NCBI GenBank assembly: GCA_017499595.2
Contig: CM039006.1
Location: 2,046,001-2,110,000 of the forward strand
Length of the DNA stretch: 64,000 bases
DNA from: Psilocybe cubensis
Taxonomy: Eukaryota
Reading direction: 5' to 3'
Every line of letters begins with the position of its first letter. Positions within the stretch are counted from its first letter, which is position 1. Positions 50,251-60,900 of this stretch are shown here, piece after piece. The position numbers and the translations under genes were made by a program. Below the pieces are notes generated by a model, which saw only the letters and a program-made list of their open reading frames with translations, was not told the origin of the DNA and searched no databases.

Positions 50251-50892
50251 AGCAATCGATCATTCGTTATTTTTGTGTTTTCTATAATCTCTGACATTCA
50301 CTATCCTTGTTAAATATTTCGATTTGTACGTTTCTATATGCATTTCCTTCTTCTCGATATGTATGACAGTGTTATGTTCGAGTTTAGCCACTGAGTTCTT
50401 GTTGTATTTGGATTATCGGCAGCTGGCGGAAATATATTAATTTTATTTTTTTTTCTCGGATACCGAGAGATAGTTGAAATTTGATGGCGAGGGCTTCGCA
50501 CTTCGCTATAAAGAGAGAGCGAGGAGAGTAAAGCAGCGCAAGCTGCGCTTCAAGAGTCTATATATAGACCAACTATAGACGTCCAAAAATAGCCGTGAGA
50601 ACAATACCCTGATTGGGTGTTACATTCGTGATTGTGTCTGCTTGGCTATGTAATGTTTGGCAACCTCAAAACCAAACAAACCCATTACCGCATTTGGGAG
50701 ACAATGACAACTGTTCTTATTGTGGACCTGCGTCGTCGTATGTCGAGAACAATTGAGAGTCGGACCATGCACAGTCCTCCCGTACAACGAAGGCCATGGC
50801 CTTTATCCGAGCTTGGATGGCGCTCGGGAATCTTTTTTGCTCTTGCATTCTTACCACCACCTAGTCTTTCCGCAGACTGAACGCGTCTCGCG

Positions 50893-53827
50893 ATGTTCGC
50901 GAGATTATATCCCCTACTACCGCTCTTATACTTACCATTGTCAATATGTGAGTGTATTCTCCGGATCTCTCCAAACCTGAAGCTTGATAACTTGGTTATA
51001 GCTGCGCAATCTGTACCCTCTGTTCTGTGTCTACCAGACCAATGTCTCCAGGGTTACTCTAACACAACAAGTACGTTTGGTAGAAAAAGTATCGCTTCAT
51101 TAACGTCGCTAATTTCTGTCTAATTATTAGTTGGTGTCACTCTATTATCTCCCACCACCTCCACACCTATAAAACTTCTTCCTGGTGTATATACTTCCAC
51201 AACAAACCCACAGCTTCTTCATAATGCCCTGACATCCTCAGCTTCAATAACCACCTCTGCAGGCTTTGGCAATTCGTCTTCATTATCCTTGCCACTCAAT
51301 CTCGCTTTACAACCTGGCGTATCGATTTACTCTGGTCCTCTGTATTCTGGCCAAGCGGCATTCACTGCTCTACCATCTTCGCCCATCGTTGGCGCATCGA
51401 CACCTATAACGGCGAGAGCCCTCGGACTAGCCACAAATATATGGATCGCTTTGAGCGCCGGCGATTCAAACAATCGGTTTATCGTGTGGGACCCTGTTCC
51501 TGACGTTAATCAACTACCTTCTGGATCCCAGGGCACGCTTGCCTTGACAGACATTCAATCGACTGCTTGCACCCCTGGTTGTTCATCTTCAGGGATTTGT
51601 ACTGCATCTGGCTCTTGTCAGTGTGCACCTGGCTTTGGCGGGACCTCATGTGAAGCATGTGTCCCAGGCTTCTTTGGACCCAAATGTCAAGCGTGTCCCA
51701 ATAATTGTGATACGTGCGACGACGGCATTACAGGCACTGGCAGGTGTATCAAGCCCACGTTAACCAACGACCCCGCCAAATGTAACTGCAAGAATGGAGT
51801 ATGTGGGAGTAATGGACAATGTACCTGCAATGCCGGTTTTACCACAGGTAATGATGGTATTGCTTGCTCCAAGTGCTTGCCTGGATTTTTCCAGACTTCA
51901 GACGGTGATTGCAAAGGTAAGTTTGGTTGTCTGCTTTGTTTCTGCAAGCGTCTAATGCGAGTTTTAACTTAGCCTGCCAGCTTGGGTGTACTCAATGCAC
52001 TGATGGAACAGGAGCATGCACCCAGTGTCTTCCCAACTTTGGCCGAGACGGAAACGATCCCACAAAATGTACACCACCTACCCAAATCAACAGCAATAAT
52101 CAAATCTGTCCGGACGGTAGCTTTGGGAACGGTGCTCAATGTACTCGATGCTCTGCTTCATGTCTCACATGCACTGGACCAACCGCCAACGATTGTGTGG
52201 TTTGTGCGTCTGGGTTGTATACCTTGAACGGCCAGTGTGTTTCGGCAGATAATAATGGAGTCTGTGCCGGAACCAATTTGATTGCTGATAACAACAAACA
52301 TGAGTGCGACAGTGAGTTTTTCACCCGATGCATTCGCAAAGCGCGTACTTATATTTGATTAGCTTGCGGCGCGGCATGCACTAAATGCCAGATCCCGAAC
52401 TTCAATGCTGCCTCAACAGTCGATCAATTACAATGCACAGCTTGCTTGCCGGGTTTCTTTCTTAGCAATGGGAAATGCGTGTCGAGTTGTCCCTCTGGCA
52501 CTACGGTTTCGTCACAAGATAATTTGACCTGCATTGGTATGTTCGATCTATTCACATTTTTTTTGGAATCTAATATTATTCTTTAATAGCTTGCGATTCG
52601 TCCTGTAGCACCTGTGCAGGATCACCGACATTCTGCCTTTCTTGCTCTAACAATCAACTGGCCTCAGCGGGCAAATGCGTTCAAAGTTGTCCATCGAACA
52701 CCTTTTCTTCTTCTGGTGCATGTTTGACATGCCATCCGGACTGTGCAAGTTGCTCAGGAGGATCGTTCAACCAATGCACAAGTTGCCCCTCAGATAGACC
52801 CGTACTTACAAACGGGCGATGTTTACCCACGTGCGGCAAGTCGCAATATTTCGACACTGTCTCATCCACCTGCCAGGCATGCGATTCGAGCTGCGCGAGT
52901 TGCACCGGTAGAGGCGCCAGCAATTGCCTCTCTTGCTCGAGCTCGACCCAAGTCCTCCGTCAGGGATCGTGCCAAACTGCTAACTGCCAGGGCAATCCCA
53001 ACGTCGTTCCAGGTCTCGGTGTCTGTTTGTCTGAACTTGTTTCACAGACACGCCCTTCGACAGCACCACCCCTTCCGACAGTGACTGGTATCGATACGCC
53101 AACTACTGTAGTAAAATCAGGCCGCCTGGAATGGTGGCAGATATTGCTGATGGCACTAGGCTGCGCATTCATCTTCCTCGTTATCCTTTGGCTATTCCGT
53201 AGGCGACAGAGGAAAAAGCGAGCACAGAAGACGGCGATATTTACTGCTGGCCACGTCAGTCGTGGGCCGACGGGATGGCGATGGCGTCTCATTCGGTGGG
53301 GAGAGAAGCTGTTCGGACACAGGCGGAGTCGAAAGGCGCCTGGAGCGGCAGGCCCCACAATCGTACATCTGGGACCGCTTGAATATCAGCCTGAGACTGA
53401 GCAGTCGATGCTGTTAAAAATGCGCGCTGCGGAGGAAGCGAGGACGGCTTACGAACCTATTACATACACCCCACGACCTCCTCAACGACCCCCTCGACCG
53501 GCCAGCCAGGAGGTGGACATGATCGACCTCATTGGGTCTTACAACGCGACAAATGAACCGCGGCAAACGACGTACTTCTTCAAGCAAAACAACAAGAGCT
53601 TGGGACACCTGAACGGGCCCCAGCGTGATCCACGGCAGTCGATCAGTGACGACAGTAGTAGCCAGTTTTCGGAGCCGTCGATTTACTCGCAAATGACGGG
53701 AGCGCCGAGGCGGATGCCAGAACCACGACAGCCGGTGAAGGAACGCAATACTACGTCTCGCTGGTCTGCGGCGTCGTTTGATTTGACGGAGCTGAAGAAG
53801 AAATCGAGAAATCCATTCTGGAAATGA
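50893..53827 (+). CDS. Type I membrane protein with EGF/laminin-EGF and furin-like Cys-rich repeats; multi-exon
   Basis: Signal peptide MFARLYPLLPLLYLPLSI; CQCAPGFGGTSCEACVPGFFGPKC; many CHPDCASCSG-type repeats; TM WWQILLMALGCAFIFLVILWLF followed by RRRQRKKR; cytoplasmic tail. Confidence 0.88.
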
Positions 53828-54475
53828 GATTTTATTCTGGCCCCTATATTTGTTTTTTTCTCCTCAAGACTTTTGTTCCCCCCCTCATTCTTCATATATT
53901 TTATTACTTATCATCTTTGTTCTTTTCCTCGATGCTTTTCATCGCTTGTTTTCTTTATCCTTTTTTTACCATCAGCATCCACTTTTTGTTCTTTTTCCCT
54001 CACACGACTTGATATGACATTCTACGACTCATGATCACGGACAAGAACATTCTACTCAATCATCATCATTTATCACTATTCATCATCATCTACCCATACA
54101 TACCCACAAGGATCCCTCACTCTGTATTACATCCTTTGAAGTTTCTTCATGGCCGCATCTCTCTTATGTAGCATTAGCCAGTAGTTACTGTATATTTGTA
54201 TGTACGGACACTTTATAATTAGTTGGAGCATTAGATTTTACATTAAAGCAATCTGTTTGTTATATGTGAACTTTGTCTGATCTAAATGATAGTTACTGAG
54301 CAATTTGATTGATAGCTAGATGGATGATACATGAATGGGGTATAAATGAATGCGTGAGATGAGATAACTAATTCTAATGAATAACACAGAGGCCAAAGAA
54401 CGGTTGTAAAGTTAATATGCAGCGCGAGTAGTAAATGGATAGATGGCATGAAATGCCTGATGCGTAGTTTGTAAA

Positions 54476-56452
54476 TTAAAGTTCAAATATCTAGAAGATC
54501 GACGTCATTTCAGTTTACACGGGGCAGCGTTGTCGACTGGAAAGAGGGCTTACATATACGTCTTTCCCTTCCTTCTTTTCTTGCAGTCGCTGTTCTAAAA
54601 GTTTGGCTGCTTTTGATCGCCAATTTTCCTCCATAAGCTTTTTCAAGCGTGCTTGGACGGCTGTTTCTGTCATATGCTCGGGAATGAAGCTTGGTTTATT
54701 GAAGTCAGTGGTCAAATCTCCGTGTGAGTTGAAATAGGGGCAACGCACCTGGCGATTTCTGTGGTAGATGCGGCTTTAATGGCCTCGACGAAGCCGGTCC
54801 AGTTGCGGGCGTGTACATTGTAGACATAACTGGGATAAGTATAAATACATAACGGCGGGACAATGGACAATGAAAGCTTGCTTACGGGGGGTCAAATTGA
54901 TTGAGAGACGGGTGCTGTGTAATCCATGCAGATTTTCGCTGTGGTTGATTTTCATCCCAGTAAATGATCTACATTAGGTATGGTTTAAGCAGAGCCTTTC
55001 GAGAAAGGAATCTAGCAGAAACTCACAGGGTTAATGAATGGTACACCCTGGCACAGAGCGTTATATGGAGAAGGACTCCAGTACGGATTTCCGACGCCGA
55101 TCATAACTTTACTCATTCCGACCTGGTGCATGAAGCTGGTGGCGTTCAGGTTCTCGCCAAGATTATATACTCCCCGATCACGGTCCTCGATATCCTTCAT
55201 CTCGCCGTCCTTCTCCGGGTCCCATGCACCATAGTGCTGGTCGAGCGACCATGCGCCAACGAGCTTGATGTTGAGCTCGTGCGAGGCGCGCGAGAAGAAA
55301 GAGCGATCCCAAGCAAAACGGTTGTCGTATACGTATTTGATCTGCTTCATTAGCAGCCAGGCTTGGTTCCATCGCGAGGAAAGGGGAACGGGCGAAGTTT
55401 GCCGGCACTCGTCCTGGATGGAATACCTAGTGTGTTTGCAGAGCATTGATCAATCATCAGCCTGTGCAATGTTTCTTCGTGGTAAGGGAGAGGCGTACCC
55501 AATATATTGCACCGTGCTATCTTCTTCGCTGAGGAGATGATCAGGGTTAGCGGAAAGGATCCATTTTCCGCCCAAAAGAGACCCGTCGTCGTGCTCGGCA
55601 AATACGGGGAAAAATTCAAGGTCAAAAATCTTCCAGGCGGGGATTCCAAGGGGGTTGGAAGGGCTCTTGACGCAGTTTGGATTGGAGTGGCATTGACCTG
55701 CCAAATGCCGTATGACGACCTGAAATTCGTTGGTCAAAAGGGGTGTACTGAAAAGGAGATGGGTCTGAGTACCTTGACTAGGTCTGGAAACTCGCGGTGT
55801 TGCTCCACAGCCTCCTCTGAAGGCAAAATTCAATATAACAACATTTAACAAAGAATGGGTGCCTGACCGAAGGTTTCTGCGAAGAGTATGGTATACCCTA
55901 AGGTATCGAGAGATTTAAACTGTGTGTAGTTGGTAAATATACATCCAAATGGGAAAAAAATTCGATATTTACAACTGATACACCCCTGAACATTTCATGG
56001 TCAACCGAAGTTTCTGAGGACATTCAGAAAACTTACCAGACACCCTCCCCTCCTCTCCAATTGTTGAAGACACCCCATGTAAACCAATGCGAAGCCAACA
56101 ACGCGATCTTCCGCTGGTTCGAACCACAATTGTCGTGCTTGATACATGAGTGCAGCTCTTTCAATGTCCGCGTATTCCACTCGCGATAATCTTTCGGTCC
56201 CGCGTCTACTGGGGTAACAGGTATGGGTGAAACCGTCTGTGTGGGAAGAGGAGTTTCATCTTCCAAGTACGGCGATCCTGGAGATTCGGTAGAGTTATTG
56301 ATTTCGGGTCTTGTCGATGTAACGAGACTGAAGCGCTCGAAAAGTGGAATATCTCCATTTCTATAAACAAAAAAGAAAGCGCAGAGGGACGTGACGCAGA
56401 CAGATAAAATAAGGATACGTAGACGCGCTGCGCCTTTCCTGGTGGTGATCAT
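54476..56452 (-). CDS. Type II membrane glycosyltransferase, GT18 (MGAT5)-like; multi-exon
   Basis: Short basic N-tail plus TM (RLRILILSVCVTSLCAFFFV), stem, GGEGVW, YIGYSI, SKVMIGVGNPYWSPSPYNALCQGVPFINP, QHPSLNQFDPPYVYNV, FIPEHMT. Confidence 0.7.
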
Positions 56453-56729
56453 GATATTGGGTGCCAATGATACAGGATATCTGTGCACCCGCAGCCGCCT
56501 GGCGTGCAGTGGTAGGTGGCAGTAATGGTGGTGGTGGTAAAGATCAGACCTTGTTCGAACAGACTTGAGAAATTTGAGATTGTCTGATGGCTTCGCGGGA
56601 CGCGTATTGAATTGGATCTAGTTAAATGGGGTTACATTGTAATGTAACCGGTTGTAACTGTAAGTCATTGGCGGAACCCTTTTGTACGTTCATAGATCAT
56701 CTCCTGATTGATCAAGAGTAGCGCTAATC

Positions 56730-57401
56730 ATGCAACACCCTTCATATCTTGAATCCGCCCCAAATACTGTCAAGGCTCTCTATTCCTACTTCAATGTCCG
56801 GGAAACGCCAACACCCAACAGCTCAGAACTGGGGCCCACATTTGACATGCACGTCGTTCGCGACGCACGCATGCCAACACATCTCCTCGCCGCCACACAG
56901 TCCGACCAGGATCCAGTGAAAACGTCGCCACTAATGCTCCCCATTGACCGCGTTCTCTTCGAGCGCGGATTTCGCATCGACCTTAATTTTCCACCAGCTA
57001 CATCTATTACCCCAAAACCACGCAGTATAACCGTTGGAGATTCACAGGTCCTCTACGTGAACCTTCCGGTGATTCCTATCAATGTGCCCCACCTCTCATC
57101 CCTTGCGCTCCTACTTCTCTATGCAATGGGTCTCGAAACCAATCTTAACATCCTCGCTTGGAAGCTGCTTCCTGTAGAAGTTGTAGAGGAGTTTCCAAAC
57201 GCGGCAGCCATGTCGACGATCTTATCAAGACGACCGCAGGCCGAACAGGAATCAATATACAGGCATAACCAGGGTTTGTGGAAAAACATTCTCGCGTTGG
57301 GATTAAATAATGCCCGGATAATCCAGGTTGTGCAGACGGCGTGGAATGTTACGGCAGACGCTCGTCGTGTCATGCTTCGCAATAACCTGAAGCAATACTA
57401 G
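56730..57401 (+). CDS. Clampless-1 (Clp1)-like protein; intronless, 223 aa
   Basis: PTHLLA, LPVIPINVPHLSSLALLLLY and C-terminal QGLWKNILALGLNNARIIQVVQTAWNV resemble the conserved blocks of basidiomycete Clp1 proteins (recalled, not searched). Confidence 0.6.
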   Translation: MQHPSYLESAPNTVKALYSYFNVRETPTPNSSELGPTFDMHVVRDARMPTHLLAATQSDQDPVKTSPLMLPIDRVLFERGFRIDLNFPPATSITPKPRSITVGDSQVLYVNLPVIPINVPHLSSLALLLLYAMGLETNLNILAWKLLPVEVVEEFPNAAAMSTILSRRPQAEQESIYRHNQGLWKNILALGLNNARIIQVVQTAWNVTADARRVMLRNNLKQY

Positions 57402-58683
57402 CCCAATTCCTGGCTTCTAATTTTTATGGATGCTTGCACAACCTACGACTCCAACTTTACGATCACAAACTATATCTACAATGGATTCTCTCGGCCTCTT
57501 TTATCTTATCTTTTCCGGTCCATCTATTCATCCCGTACTAATATTTTTTCATGTGCGCCATCTATCGTTTTCTTATGGAACTTGTTGTTATATCTATTCC
57601 TCCTACACTTATTCAGTTTACACTATTCAGCGTGTACGAGAACCGGCGCAAGCTCTGATTTTCACATTCGTTGTCAAAACTGTGGTGGGCGATCAGCATC
57701 ACTTAACCATATTACCTAAGGCTGAGGGAAAAGGTATTGATATTTCAAATGCCTTGAGAATTTGTTGAACGAGGCCTGCTATGATCTGAACATAGGGAAC
57801 TTGTGCAAACGTCTCTAAAACATCATCAGCAAGACTTGTTACAGTTTCCGGGATAGTAGCATTTCCCCATCCGAATACAGTGCTTTGGAAATAGGTCGAA
57901 TTCGTGACAGTGTGCGTTTCGACTACTTCTTTGAGATCATTGGAGGATGGGGGAACAATTAAAGGAGTGACCCAGTGGTTTCAGCTTTCAGCGCTCCCGG
58001 ACTGTCTACTGCAGCGTCAACTCTGTCTGGTTTTTCGTTTGACCTTGGCCGAGTCTGGCCATAAAGTATGATAGTACTATGTGGCGATGGCCTCGGTATT
58101 CGTCATTCTCCCCATGATGTTTTGTACTTCAATCCGTTTTCTTTGTGGCTAATACGGCTGGTGGATTGGTATCGGTTGGACCACCGAGATCGTATGCTGG
58201 CTAATTGAAGCGAGTTTGTTTATCTGTTGGGACACAGGAAGGTCTCCTTTTGCAACATCGAATGATAATGGTGATGCTTATTGAATATCTTTCAATATTC
58301 AAGTCTAAAGGATTGCGCGCCACGCATAGTACACCTGCCTCTGGAATCTTCGAATTTGTTATTTATGACTAGGCCTTGTCAATTATCTGACGAATATACG
58401 GTTTGGTAGACATCAAAAATCAAGAAAATTGGTATGTTTCTCCGGACTCGGACCGTAGGCATAGGCCTTCGATAAACCGGATAATAGACGACACGTTTGG
58501 GCCTGAATGAGCTGTGATATTATCGAACAAAAGCCTTCGGGGCCGCCGCGGCATGCCCATGTCATTGTCGATGGCACTTGATGCCTATGAATCACGGTGA
58601 GTCACAAGCGCACGGTTATATATGGACGATATGAGCGGAGAGAAAAGAAGGCAATCTATCCATCGATACAACTGATATCTAGA

Positions 58684-59028
58684 ATGTTGACCCGGGACGA
58701 TTATGTGTTTTTCTGGAAGACAAATGAGGAGCAGTGAGTCATTAAGTCACTTCCAACCAGGTCACGTAAAGAGTACATATAACCGTGCACAGTGGATGGG
58801 GCTCGCAGTGGTATCTTTCGCCCTTCAAAGCGGCCGTTGTACTTTCTGGAGACGAGGGGGCAGAAGAAGAGACTGTGCTTTTCCCTACTGCTGAGCATTG
58901 AAAGCGCTGTTATTCAAAGACTATGCGGTGGCCCGAGAAATTCTAGAGATCACAGGAGTCGGACAAGAGGAAATGCGATATGTCAAAGGCTTAGGTCGCA
59001 AAGTTCAGGGATTTGACGAAGAAACGTG
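58684..59028 (+). pseudogene. NADAR (YbiA/DUF1768) family pseudogene, frameshifted and 3'-truncated
   Basis: MLTRDDYVFFWKTNEEH/GWGSQWYLSPF...VLFPTAEH, then TGA and a frame change, then KALLFKDYAVAREILEITG...VKGLGRKVQGFDEET; similarity ends there. Confidence 0.78.
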
Positions 59029-59279
59029 CTTACTCAACCCCGAAATCATGGGGATCAAAGACGCTAATGTTTATTCTAACCATCAATGGAGCGAATAACC
59101 ATATTGAGACGACCCTGAGTGAAAGACATAGAAGTTTTTTTCTCTTTTTTGCTACGTACGGACATAGTTTCTCCCCGCCCGAAGGCCAGGGTGCTTATTT
59201 TCTCTATCTACACAAAAAAAATATCTTCACCTCTTAGTTTTGACTGGGGGCGCGTGAACGGAACTCTGTGACCAGAAAA

Positions 59280-60510
59280 CTTGCGGAAATCCAAAAGTTT
59301 GAATCTATATCTACAGAACCGTATTAGCAAAGACCACAAAACACATAATCTTGACTCTGACTCACGGTTTGTGTGAATTCAAAGCATTCAATTTCAACTG
59401 CAAAGGTAACATCAGCAAAGACCGAGATACCATGTACCACCAAACTCACCCTTGCAAGGCGATTCGGAAATATCAAAAATACTTGCCGGTCATAACTGGC
59501 GCAAAACATCAAATTTAGACCCGAGAGGTACCCGACATGGAAACACACACAACAAACACACCTGCAGGGCGATTCGCCGGAACGCGAAATATCAAATTTT
59601 GACTTTGGGGGCGACTTGTAATGGGGCAGTTCGCGGGAATCCAAAATATCAAATTTCAACTCCTAGAGGTTGTATCAAACACAACTGTCCGCTACTAGAA
59701 AGGCAAATTATTGAAGGGAAAGTCAACATACAAACAAATGCCACGTACCATCAAACAGACCCACAGAGCGATTCTCGGGAACGCAAAATATCAAATTTGG
59801 ACTTTGGGGGCCACATACCACAAAAAATGTGTTGACTTGTAGCGGGGAGGTTTGCGGGAATCCAAAATATCGAATGTAGGTCTGAGGGGGAGAGGTTTAC
59901 AACTGAGTTTGACACCCTGGAGTCATATTCGCATACACCTAACATGCTCGCAGGGCGGTCCGCGGGAACGCGAAATATCAAATTTCGACTTCGAGGGGTG
60001 CCACATAGCACCAAACACTAGGGCATGGTTCGCGGGAATCCAGAATATCGAATTTACGTCCGAGGGAGGCCAATCTGACTTGCACCGTGTTTGCTTTGAC
60101 TCCTGTTGTCATGTTAGTAAAGAATAAAAGAGAGATGCAAGTGCCACGTACGAAAATATGTAGTCTTCAGCACAGTTCGCGGGAACACAGAATCTCAAAT
60201 TTCGGTCGGGGGCCGGTCAATCTGACTTGCAAGATGTTTGCTTTGACTCCTGCTGTAATGTTAGTAAAGACTGAGAAAGAGAAGCAAGTGCCACGTACCA
60301 AAATATGTAGCCTTCAGCGCGGTTTGCGGGAACACAGAATATCAAATTTCGAAAGGTGACGGAGTTTGATGAACAGGGTGGTTCGCGGGAAGTCAAAATA
60401 TACAATTTTGATGCCTGGGACCGTAACTGGCATTCAGGCCACGGCAGCGTATCACTATGGTGGCGGGAAGGCGAAATATCGAGTCGGCGGACGCCCAAAA
60501 ATCAAATTTT
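59280..60510. repeat. Interspaced array of ~12 imperfect ~27-bp direct repeats, consensus GTTCGCGGGAA(T/C)NC(A/G)AAATATCAAATTT
   Basis: Good copies at ~59571, 59629, 59770, 59850, 59958, 60028, 60175, 60322 and 60381; degenerate copies at ~59280, 59458, 59498 and 60460. Confidence 0.85.
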
Positions 60511-60790
60511 GAGCGCGACACCAACTCGAATCGCAGACTGGCATAAGGACGGGATGGACAGCTGTCAAAATTCCATTTCGTGCCCTCTTATATACCTTCA
60601 GCAAAGTTCCGAGAACCCTGATCCAATTCTTTTAGCTCGCTCCTACGTTTGCCAAATTTTCTGCCTGATCCCCGTGTACGTACACCCAGCAACACATCCT
60701 CGTTACCTCACTTTCCACTCTACATGGCCCAGGAATGTCAGCCTATCATTTGAGTCAAACACATTGCTAATGGTATTCATGATTTTCACA

Positions 60791-60900
60791 ACTCACAGGG
60801 GCTCAAAATTCCAAAAATAAGTAACACAACTCCTGATGAACTTTTCGATGGATTCTAACGACTCACAGGGGCTTGAAATTCCAAAAATAAGCAACACAGC
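60791..60900. repeat. ~40-bp direct repeat x2, period 70 bp
   Basis: actcacaggggctcaaaattccaaaaataagtaacacaac versus actcacaggggcttgaaattccaaaaataagcaacacagc. Confidence 0.85.

Noticed and set aside
56730..57401. Mating-type locus
   Set aside because: Only a Clp1-like gene; no homeodomain, pheromone-receptor or MIP genes recognised
59280..60510. CRISPR array
   Set aside because: Eukaryotic context, no cas genes, imperfect repeats, spacer lengths varying about four-fold, and some spacers that are duplicates of each other
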